DNA of 62,788 nt, counting the filler, from Globobulimina sp. (lineage: Eukaryota): assembly GCA_003354225.1 (NCBI GenBank). It is 9 parts of 9 records of this genome, joined end to end, with 100 filler letters (N's around TTAATTAATTAA, not from the genome) between each part and the next. Parts side by side here need not be neighbours in the genome. Positions count along the whole stretch, not along the records: positions 41,985 to 48,870 come from PIVH01000225.1; positions 48,971 to 55,837 come from PIVH01000226.1; 7 more parts are not named here. One strand, 5' to 3'. The position numbers and the translations under genes are program-made. Below the pieces are notes generated by a model, which saw only the letters and a list, made by a program, of their open reading frames with translations, did not search any database and had not been told where the DNA came from. Every line of letters begins with the position of its first letter. Within the stretch, counting starts at the first letter, position 1. Below are positions 44,206 to 53,567 of the stretch, in pieces.

Positions 44206-45486
44206 TCAATTATCTTCAATTATAGTCCTTGCTAAAAACATCAAAGCAGCCATTTGTTCTTCACCCGCCGCCGCAATGGGCGGTGCATTTGGATTACCAA
44301 TAGGCGGCCCTTCAAACGTCATCCCAATTACATCATAATTCGGCGTACCGCTGCCCAGCGTAAGTATAAAATCGTGAAAAACACCAGATGTTAAATACCA
44401 TTGCGAAGACGGAATGGATACATAATCATTGCCATTAACAACCCACGCTCGCAATGACATATCCTCTCCTAATTGCTCATAAAAATCAAAATACTGCGCT
44501 TCCAACAGCTCTGTGGTGTGACCCCACGGCCATAAAATATAAGGGCCCGTGGTATGCATATCAATGGCAGCGCGAAGGTCAGAATCCTCCAATCTCGTTA
44601 ACAAAAAATCTCTCACTGACTGCGTTTCTGGCTCACTAAATACAAACGGACCGCAATAGTTATTGCTTGACGGAGTATGCGAACATCCACTGGGAATGCC
44701 CCAGAATTGTGATGGTCCATAGTTTCTGTTCAAATCGACCCCAAATGAGCCATCTTCATTATTCCGTCGGTTCTTTCTCCAGTTCCTTGTCGTCGAATCA
44801 ATCCAAGTATAGATATAACCATCGATATTGACAGTCGGTGTGATAAATATATCCAAATTCTCCAATATATGTCTTATGTCATCATCAAAAGCTGTCCATT
44901 TTTCGCACAACTCATTCAATATCCATGTTGTGGCTGAATTCGCCAACCATTCGCCACTATGAACAGACGCTTGAATGTACATTGAAGGCTTGGCAGTGCC
45001 CTCCGTGGATAGTTTAAAAACTGGAATCTCTCTCCCTTGCACAGTCCCAGTCGTTCCTAAAGTTAAATTTGTGACAAGATCTGGATATGTCTCCAATAGA
45101 TAATCAAAAAACGCTTCATATTCTGGCCATGACCGAAATTCATCAAAAAAGTCATTCGCTTCACTTTGCTGCATATGCGGTTTCCAGATGGTTCTGTTGT
45201 TAATTCGGGCCCTTTCGCGACCAATAACCACCGCATAGTCCGGCGCGGTGATTTCAAATTGTAACACTTTTTCATTCTGCTGGATCTGCACTAATCGCTG
45301 TTCCTCAATCACTACCTGCACTGTTAAGATGTTGTCGTTTTTAGTTCGATTATGTATTCCAAAGAATTCGTCTTCGAAAAAAACGGAAGCGATATCTTGT
45401 TGACGTATGCTGGCGAACGCACCAATTTGTAATCCGTTAACTGATCTGGAGCATACAATGCATGCAATCACTGATAAAGACAACAT
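44206..45486 (-). CDS. Secreted M14 zinc carboxypeptidase
   Basis: Signal peptide, HSGE (HxxE), WRKNRR, GVDLNRN, FSEPET, IDMH and TFE. Confidence 0.93.
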   Translation of the reverse strand: MLSLSVIACIVCSRSVNGLQIGAFASIRQQDIASVFFEDEFFGIHNRTKNDNILTVQVVIEEQRLVQIQQNEKVLQFEITAPDYAVVIGRERARINNRTIWKPHMQQSEANDFFDEFRSWPEYEAFFDYLLETYPDLVTNLTLGTTGTVQGREIPVFKLSTEGTAKPSMYIQASVHSGEWLANSATTWILNELCEKWTAFDDDIRHILENLDIFITPTVNIDGYIYTWIDSTTRNWRKNRRNNEDGSFGVDLNRNYGPSQFWGIPSGCSHTPSSNNYCGPFVFSEPETQSVRDFLLTRLEDSDLRAAIDMHTTGPYILWPWGHTTELLEAQYFDFYEQLGEDMSLRAWVVNGNDYVSIPSSQWYLTSGVFHDFILTLGSGTPNYDVIGMTFEGPPIGNPNAPPIAAAGEEQMAALMFLARTIIEDN

Positions 45487-45529
45487 TACTCGCGGAGGTT
45501 TTTTTTACTTACAAAGTTTTTATCGTGGA

Positions 45530-46258
45530 TCATTTTAGATTTTTGGTTAACCAGTCCAATCCTTCATATATTCCATCACCAGTCAGTGCACAACATTTTT
45601 GAATGTGCCATTTTCTGTTCTTAGTTAAGTTGTTTTGGTGTAACTCCAGTCTCTGTGTCAATTCTTTGACTGACATTGTAGACGAAAGATCACTCATATT
45701 TGCCCAAATTAAGAATATACATTCTTCCAATTCTTTGTTTCTTAATGCTTTGTGTAACTCAACTTTTGCAGTGCTATCATGTGCTGTTGGATCATAATAA
45801 TATTCATGACATACTGCACATAATGATGGTGGTATGATATTCAAAATTGTACTGCTGCTCAATTCCAATAACTTTTGAATATTACCAATATATCCAGTCA
45901 CCAACACAACAGATTTTTTATAGTCAATACATAAGCCATCCAACCGTTCTTTATTTGTGCTGTCAATCACAAATATTATTGCATCAGTGTTTGCGTAATA
46001 ATGTTTCCAAAGCGGTCGGATTTTAGCTTGACCGCCAACATCCCATATTGTTAGAGATAGATTGTTATGTTGAATGGTTTCCACATTGAATCCGATGGTT
46101 GGTAAACGTACAACGCGTGAACCTAATTTAAGATGATATAAAATGGTAGTTTTGCCACTGGCATCCAATCCAATCATTAAACAACGAGAGTCTCTCACAC
46201 CACAATAATAAGAACACAACAAGCTACAAGTGGAACAAGTACAGGCAGTGCAGCCCAT
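45530..46258 (-). CDS. ARF/ARL-family small GTPase with Cys-rich N-terminus and about 55-aa insertion
   Basis: GLDASGKT, PTIGFNVET, WDVGGQ, variant G4 ANMSD and CALTGDGIYEGLDWL. Likely start MGCTAC at 46258. Confidence 0.92.
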   Translation of the reverse strand: MGCTACTCSTCSLLCSYYCGVRDSRCLMIGLDASGKTTILYHLKLGSRVVRLPTIGFNVETIQHNNLSLTIWDVGGQAKIRPLWKHYYANTDAIIFVIDSTNKERLDGLCIDYKKSVVLVTGYIGNIQKLLELSSSTILNIIPPSLCAVCHEYYYDPTAHDSTAKVELHKALRNKELEECIFLIWANMSDLSSTMSVKELTQRLELHQNNLTKNRKWHIQKCCALTGDGIYEGLDWLTKNLK

Positions 46259-46316
46259 GACCAACGAAGAAGATATGGGGCTGAAAAACAGTACTAGTAT
46301 AAATAAATTGAATATT

Positions 46317-46877
46317 TTAGGCACGAGCCCAAACAGCATTTCCAGCTCCATGTTCATTCCACGAATCCGTACTTTGCGTGTATACCATATTTACAACACC
46401 CCATTGGAAATTCCACGTAAAATCACCGTCATAGACTAACCATCTGGGCACTTGAGCCATTAATGCATTATTTTCGTGGCTGTACACTCTCATACCATAT
46501 TTATCAACAGTCATAGTGTCGCCATTTGTTTTCGACACAAACTGTCCTCTATGCAATGTAGTGAGCTGTGGCACAATCCATAAGTAAGTACGCAATATTA
46601 TTTATATTTGTATAGCCGACTCCATCTGTATTTGTTCCATAGTACCATCGCGATGACAATACACCACTGTAATTTGCTGGATTATCATTAAAAACCGGCG
46701 GAACAATGAAATTTGTCCACCACCTCCGTTACATGATAATAAATTGGAATTCGATAACTGTGCTGTTCGGACATAACCGCCGTTTGCAATAAAAGACAAT
46801 GGCAAATCTGGCGGATTCGAACTTTCAACAAATACGAATGTTGCAGCAATGAAACAAAGTTGAGAGAAAGCAGCCAT
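46317..46877 (-). pseudogene. Frameshifted secreted-protein gene fragment
   Basis: Signal peptide MAAFSQLCFIAATFVFVES from ATG 46877. Protein-like text continues only by changing frame near 46710 and again near 46560. Confidence 0.45.
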
Positions 46878-46989
46878 TTCTGTTTGGCTATTTTCAGAAA
46901 AAAAACGTCGTTCTATTCTGCAGTAAATATAAATTTGAACAATGAAAGACAGAAAGACAAACAAAAGAAACAAAGCAGGTCTTATATTA

Positions 46990-48417
46990 TTATAATGATA
47001 ACATATATTTTGCATTTTTTGGTGCTGTAATGTTCAAATCTCTATATTTTTGCTTAAGTACACATTGATTGCAGGCTACCTCGAAATGATTCAATTCGTT
47101 TTTTAATTGGTGGTATAGCTCAGACATATTTTGTAAAATATTAATGTTATTATATTGCTTTAATAGTTGAATAATATAAATAATTTGTTCCATTCTGCAA
47201 CACCAAATATTTTTTATTTTTTTATACATGACCAAATCAGAGGAATTTATATGATATCTCCTATCATCGCTATTAATCACTGTGTTAAACACATATTTTG
47301 TAAAATATTCCACTGTTTCTGGCTCATTATTTGCGTTCAAACTTTGTATTGATTGACTTTTCAACAATACCTCCAAAATGAAAACATTTATTTTATATTT
47401 TTGAGCTTGAAATCCGAATCGTTTTAATTTGCCAAAACTGTCATTTCCATGTTTTTGAATAAATTCATTTCGATCTTTATGTGTTGTTAAATAATGCCAA
47501 CTCATTGGATTTGTGCTGGATAACACACCGCGATATTCTTTGATATCTGAATGCGTTAAGTTTACAAATTTAAACATTTGATTAAAATCAATCAAGTAAC
47601 ATTTATGTTCCTTCCCTGTCGAAACTAATACATTTTCTTTATGCAAGTCGTTGTGAAGCAAACCAACCGTCCACAGCTCATCCAATACAATGGATATATC
47701 CATGAAACATTTACTGACAAAATGTAATGTCTCCGCAGCGCTTGAATTTAACCATAACGATTCCTCAAAATCTCGATATTTGACGGTCTTTGATAAATAT
47801 TGCATCCATAATATTACATAAGATTTAGCATTGTCGTCATTCGTAAAATGTATAAATGGATAATAATGATCAAATACTTTGATTGTATGGCATTCCGTAC
47901 GCGTATCAGCACAAAATTGGTTCAAATATACCATTATCAAATATTCCTCAAAATGGGTCTGTTTATAAAATGGATAGGTTTTGATCACATAAATGGTGCC
48001 TTTGTCCCAATGATTCAATGATTCAACAATGTGCAAAAAGTTTAATAATGATTCAACAATACGGAAATTTACAGAATATGATGCATTGTATTTTATAGTG
48101 CATACGTTTGGAATCATTTTATTCTCATTCGATCCATAAAAATCTAAATATATGTACTCAAAGCATTCTTTATTGAGTTGAATAGAGTTATTTTGATTGT
48201 TTGCATTGCTGGGTTTGGCTAAAAATAAAATATCGTGCTGTTTATCATGTTGCCATCTTTTTGGGGATGGTTGAGTTGAATGTTTAGCAACTAATAGCAA
48301 ATTATTTTCAACAGTATCTGCCCAGCGGAAAATTGTTTGAATAATGGCAAAATTCAATATGATAAATAGACCAAATAGCGTATAAACTTTTGGAAACTGT
48401 TTGCTTAGTCTGCTCAT
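46990..48417 (-). CDS. Protein-kinase-like fold enzyme with N-terminal type II membrane anchor
   Basis: TM helix at about aa 11-30; YVIK, E in helix C, LHNDLHKENVLV catalytic loop and LIDFN. Confidence 0.75.
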   Translation of the reverse strand: MSRLSKQFPKVYTLFGLFIILNFAIIQTIFRWADTVENNLLLVAKHSTQPSPKRWQHDKQHDILFLAKPSNANNQNNSIQLNKECFEYIYLDFYGSNENKMIPNVCTIKYNASYSVNFRIVESLLNFLHIVESLNHWDKGTIYVIKTYPFYKQTHFEEYLIMVYLNQFCADTRTECHTIKVFDHYYPFIHFTNDDNAKSYVILWMQYLSKTVKYRDFEESLWLNSSAAETLHFVSKCFMDISIVLDELWTVGLLHNDLHKENVLVSTGKEHKCYLIDFNQMFKFVNLTHSDIKEYRGVLSSTNPMSWHYLTTHKDRNEFIQKHGNDSFGKLKRFGFQAQKYKINVFILEVLLKSQSIQSLNANNEPETVEYFTKYVFNTVINSDDRRYHINSSDLVMYKKIKNIWCCRMEQIIYIIQLLKQYNNINILQNMSELYHQLKNELNHFEVACNQCVLKQKYRDLNITAPKNAKYMLSL

Positions 48418-48490
48418 GCCCTGAAGTCCGCGGTCTAGCTGAAAAACTTAAAAAACATTGGATGAATTTGTCTAAGTTTGATCTGTAACA

Positions 48491-48870
48491 ATGTCTTTTT
48501 TCAAGACACAGAAGAAACAAGAAGATCTAGAATGGCCGTGTGTATTATGTACGTTGTTGAATAAATCAGATAGGAGAGATTGTGAAATATGTGGAACTTC
48601 AAAAGACCATCAACCGCCACCACAAAAACAAACATTGAATGCAGCGTTTTTCCAGAAAGAGGTAAGCAATAAAAATGTTTCAAAGAATAGTTGGAATGGA
48701 ATGGTTCGCGAAATTAAAATTGTTGACCAATTCGAGAATAAACAGTTAAAAGCATTGATAACACAAAAAGATACTTGTTCGGCAATTTGCGGCTATTTAA
48801 GTTGTGCCATTCCACACTATTTATTGTCGTCAAACCTTCAGTTTCCTTTTAATAAAACCTATCGAACAAT
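48491..48870 (+). CDS. RanBP2-type zinc-finger protein (3' truncated)
   Basis: WPCVLCTLLNKSDRRDCEICG. Confidence 0.8.
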
Positions 48871-49937
48871 NNNNNNNNNNNNNNNNNNNNNNNNNNNNNN
48901 NNNNNNNNNNNNNNTTAATTAATTAANNNNNNNNNNNNNNNNNNNNNNNNNNNNNNNNNNNNNNNNNNNNGTGAAAGAGAAACTAACCCAACTACACAAA
49001 ATTCATTTGGCAGAGCATCTTGCCATTGATTTCCCGAATCATTGAACTGAATTTATCTTTTGTTTCTTGTTTGGACACACATAGGTATTCTACCTGATAT
49101 ACGATGTATGATATGTTATCTATGTGTACGTACATATAACTTGATATCGACCTTTCGTCATGTATGTTATCTTTTTAGTCGATGTTTTTTCAGTAGTAAA
49201 CTGTAAGTTGTACTGTTAGTAAACCAGATATACTCATACCATATAATGTAAATGTCGTTTGACATATGTCATGTGTAATTTCTTGTTTTTCATTAATAAA
49301 ATAGTGAATTTTGCTTTACAAATTGTTTATTTTGTCGACCTTTTATTTTTAATCATATATACGGATCAACCCAGAAACCATTGGGCGCTGTTTTCGCCGC
49401 GTCTTAACCGTACAGTACTCCAGGCGTCATTTAATCAGCGTAGAAAAAGCTTTCCTTACGCCTACGGTATATGAGTTTTTCATTATCATTCCAATTCGAG
49501 TGGAACGCGAAGCGCACGCATAACAAACAGTACCCAAACACAGCGAGTGTCCGAATAATTAAGGTTAAGGCTTTTAAAATCGATTTTTTGCTTTGTTTTA
49601 TTGTTATTTATCACCTTCCTTGTTGGGCGCTGTTTCCTGTGGTAGTTTTTGGTCAGTTCAATTTATTCAATTTAGCACGGACTTATAATATAAGTACAAG
49701 GCTATTATCACAGACTATCACAAGTACATCACAAGATACTAACATATTATATTATTGAACATGTTAGAATTTTTATTAATATCAATATATGTGTTCTATG
49801 TGTTCTATTTCAGCAACCTCTGATATTCGTCACATCATTGATTCTCTCATCATTGTTGCCATCTTCTCTGCACATCAATGGACATGGTTTGATCATCCAT
49901 TCATCATCATCATTTGATCTTTTTGACTGCTGTGCAT

Positions 49938-52900
49938 TCAATTTCTATTTTTCATAATCATGTATTGTAATGATTCCGGTCTTATTTTGTATAATTCTTT
50001 AATAATAGTACCTACTATATTTATAATTTGTCCATTGACCATGTCATTAAATATATAGTCAGAACTTAGCATTAAATAACCATATCTTTCATTATCATTA
50101 CATGTTTTATAATTGGGTTTAACATGACCATTCATGTTTGAGGGGAGTATTTCCCATAGATTATTAATATGTTTTTCATAATTTTCTATATATATATTAT
50201 TCGGACACTCCCATATAAGGTGGCTAGTCGTTTCTAATGCATTATCATCACATCTGGAGCATGGTTGGTTTGTTTTGTAATTTAATACTAAACATCCTGT
50301 TCTAGCTTTTAACCAAAAGTCTCCTCCAGTTTGTAGATTAAGTTTATAATTTATTTTTGGTCTAGTTTTTTCTGCGTAATATGTTGATAATGATATCGAT
50401 TCACTTAGTTTGTTGTTATATTCTGCTATCCATGCTTGTTGTATAATATCTTTTATTATATCCTTTTTGGGAATATTTGTGTGATCGATATTATACTTCC
50501 TACAGCATTTTATAGCATGTGTGATCCATATCATACTCGTATTTTTATTATTGTATATTGTTTCTTGTTCTAATAAAACAATTTTTACTATATTATCTGT
50601 ATTTAATTTTTGAATATGTGCTAAATAATTAATAGTTCGTTTCTCGGCTTCCATTTGCATGGGGATCAGCCCTGTTTCACCATATAATACCATATTATTA
50701 CAGTTTCTTGGTAATCTAGCTATTGTTCTTATATACTCTCTTTGTTGGGTTTCTATGCCTCTAAAGGTTTCTATCGAGAACGGAATAGCTGCTATACCAT
50801 GTAATATTTTTGGTATGACATAGGTTTTCCATATTTTGGTTCCATATAATATAGGTCTAGATGTTACTGTAGCAGGTTTGTAGCATCTATATGTTTCTTT
50901 CCTAGTCTTTTCTGCTAAATCTCGTTTATGCTTCTTCATAATATCCATAGTGTTTTGACATAGAGTAATACCTAAATATTTTGCTTCTTTTTCTTCTTGT
51001 ATATAAATTTCTTTCTTGTCTCCTTCAGCTATGTATTTATGCCCTATAGACCAATTGCGTTCTTTCTCTATCGGTCTTTTTAATGGGATAATTAGGCTTT
51101 TAGGTCCTGAGAATTCTATTTTCCATTTATTAGCATAATCGCCTACAATTTTTAATAATTTTTCCATGTTATTTTCGTTTTTCGCAAATAATAACATGTC
51201 ATCGGCGAAAAATAAACCGGATATATTTTGTTTATTTTCTACTGGCCCTATTTCAATTCCAAGGTGACATTTTTCTATTTCTCTACCTAGATCTGCGATA
51301 AATAATGCCCATAATATAGGTGACATGGTACAACCCTGTCTTAAGCCTACTGGCATATTCAATCTATCAGTTTTTGTATCTTGAAATGTTATTGTAGCTC
51401 CTGGATTTTGGTAGCTACTTTTAATAGCATTTATCAGTTTATCTGGAAACCCATAATCTTTTAATTTTTTCCATAATCCATTTCTCCATACTCTATCATA
51501 CGCCTTACATATATCAAGTAAAGCAACAGTTGGGGATTGTGATCTTCTTAATTTATTAGCTCTTTGTACGGTATGTTGTATAACAAGTATACAATCTTCG
51601 ATTCTTTTATTTGCTCTAAAGCCATGTTGGATATATCCTAATATATTTTTTTTTTCTGTTATTTTTTCCAATCTTCCAGTCAATATTAATAGGTATAATT
51701 TACATAAATTACAGCCTAAACATAATGTTCTATAATTTTTAATTTTACTTTTTGATCCCTTTTTATGTAATAATGTTACTTCTTGAGTTTTTCCTATTTC
51801 TGGGAAATAGCTCGAGTCGAACCATTTATTAAAGAGGGCATGGCTTAGATGTGTCATTTCTTCAGGCCAGTTCTTAATAAACTCTGGAGGAATATTTGTC
51901 GTACCAGCCGAAGTATTATTTTTTAATTTGTGTATGGCATCCTTAATTTCTTTGACTGAAATTTCATTTTCTAAGTCTAATTTATCCGGTCCATTTATAA
52001 TGTCACTCATTCCTAATCGTTTTATTTCAGAATTTGATTCTGGCCAGATACCTAAAGTAAATATACTTTCCCAGAATTCTGTTATATGAGATTTAGTATT
52101 TTCTTCTCCAATTACTGGTATTTTATCATCATCAATCAATGTCACCTTTTCCCTTACTCCTCTTTTTAAAGTTTTCATAGTATCGTATAATTGGTGAAAT
52201 TTTCTTTTGGGATTATTAATCCATTTATTATGTGCATTTTCTATTCTCGCCATTTCAGCTCGTTGTCTGATTTGGCGTCTTTCTCTTATTTTCTTAAATA
52301 ATTCATTTATAATATTTCCTTTGAATTCAGGATTCTTTCGTAATTCTTTCCGATAATTGCTGATCTCTAGATTTAATTGTCTAATTTTTCTTGATTCTTT
52401 CTTCTTTTTTATGTTTTTATTTTTATATCCAATAGATTTTATTCCTGCTTCTTCTATAATTCTAAATATAGTATCTTCAGTAAGTTTTTCATTACTATTC
52501 ATTTCATTGATGTTTAATCTTATTTCTTCCTGGAATTGAGGCCAATTTGTATCGTCATTTATTTTCCATTTATCTTTAATTAATTTAGTTTGAATTATTT
52601 TTTCTTTAGTTTTAACACTAATTCGACTATGTATAAAACAATGATCTTTATTACCGATGTTACCATATATGGTGTTCTTTTCATCAATAATTGTTTTAAC
52701 ATTAGTTATATCTGGACTTCTTAATGCAATATCCAGTATTTGGGGATTTGTATTATTTTTGTTATATCCCCATGTCCATGTACCTGTAGTTGTTGTATCT
52801 GAATTTATTAATTTTAAATCCGAATCTCGAATAAAGTTTCTTATAATAAATCCATTGTTATTGATATTATCATGATTGTCTATTATTCCCCATTCATCAT

Positions 52901-53567
52901 TACCTATGTGACCGTTAAAGTCTCCAATTATGAAGACTTTATAGTTATGTAGTCTACACCAATTAATGTGTTGCATTAATCTTTGGCATATTATAGTATT
53001 GATTTCTCTAGCATCAGGGTCACTTTGGTTTCGTAAATATACTGCACATATAGCAGTCATAGCTTTATTTTGACATAATACCCATAAATAATTTATAGAT
53101 ATCTCGTCATCTATATCATCAATGTCTAATCTACTTGGCTTAGTTGATGGTTTAGCCCATATGCTGATTCCCCCAGTTGGTTTACCTATTTGCATTTTAT
53201 GGAAACTTTCATACTCATCAAATTTATGTGTGTCTAAGACTGTTCGGTATTTTGTTTCAACACAACAAATGATATCTGGATTTATAAATTTTATATTATC
53301 ACTTAATAATTCATATTTTGTGTTCATAGAACACACATTATTATATAAAATATCAATAAATTGATCATTATTAATATTTTCATGGTCTTGGCCTTTATAT
53401 TCTTTATAGTTTTCTATATTTGGTATTGAATTGTTATCTAAAATGGAATTGTTATTAAATTTGTTATTTGTGATAGAAATTGAACTGACCTTTATAAGTT
53501 TCCCGTCTTCAATAAATTTGATTCGGGACCTGCATACTTTATCCATCCTATGATGATTTCTCTGCAA
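49938..53567 (-). CDS. LINE ORF2: AP endonuclease + reverse transcriptase + C-terminal CCHC
   Basis: YNNV, CVET, GDFNGH, LD and DH (APE); NYRTL, QHGFR, DICKAYD, GLRQGCTMSP, FADD and YLG (RT); CSRC...ETTSHLIWEC. Confidence 0.96.
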   Translation of the reverse strand: MQRNHHRMDKVCRSRIKFIEDGKLIKVSSISITNNKFNNNSILDNNSIPNIENYKEYKGQDHENINNDQFIDILYNNVCSMNTKYELLSDNIKFINPDIICCVETKYRTVLDTHKFDEYESFHKMQIGKPTGGISIWAKPSTKPSRLDIDDIDDEISINYLWVLCQNKAMTAICAVYLRNQSDPDAREINTIICQRLMQHINWCRLHNYKVFIIGDFNGHIGNDEWGIIDNHDNINNNGFIIRNFIRDSDLKLINSDTTTTGTWTWGYNKNNTNPQILDIALRSPDITNVKTIIDEKNTIYGNIGNKDHCFIHSRISVKTKEKIIQTKLIKDKWKINDDTNWPQFQEEIRLNINEMNSNEKLTEDTIFRIIEEAGIKSIGYKNKNIKKKKESRKIRQLNLEISNYRKELRKNPEFKGNIINELFKKIRERRQIRQRAEMARIENAHNKWINNPKRKFHQLYDTMKTLKRGVREKVTLIDDDKIPVIGEENTKSHITEFWESIFTLGIWPESNSEIKRLGMSDIINGPDKLDLENEISVKEIKDAIHKLKNNTSAGTTNIPPEFIKNWPEEMTHLSHALFNKWFDSSYFPEIGKTQEVTLLHKKGSKSKIKNYRTLCLGCNLCKLYLLILTGRLEKITEKKNILGYIQHGFRANKRIEDCILVIQHTVQRANKLRRSQSPTVALLDICKAYDRVWRNGLWKKLKDYGFPDKLINAIKSSYQNPGATITFQDTKTDRLNMPVGLRQGCTMSPILWALFIADLGREIEKCHLGIEIGPVENKQNISGLFFADDMLLFAKNENNMEKLLKIVGDYANKWKIEFSGPKSLIIPLKRPIEKERNWSIGHKYIAEGDKKEIYIQEEKEAKYLGITLCQNTMDIMKKHKRDLAEKTRKETYRCYKPATVTSRPILYGTKIWKTYVIPKILHGIAAIPFSIETFRGIETQQREYIRTIARLPRNCNNMVLYGETGLIPMQMEAEKRTINYLAHIQKLNTDNIVKIVLLEQETIYNNKNTSMIWITHAIKCCRKYNIDHTNIPKKDIIKDIIQQAWIAEYNNKLSESISLSTYYAEKTRPKINYKLNLQTGGDFWLKARTGCLVLNYKTNQPCSRCDDNALETTSHLIWECPNNIYIENYEKHINNLWEILPSNMNGHVKPNYKTCNDNERYGYLMLSSDYIFNDMVNGQIINIVGTIIKELYKIRPESLQYMIMKNRN

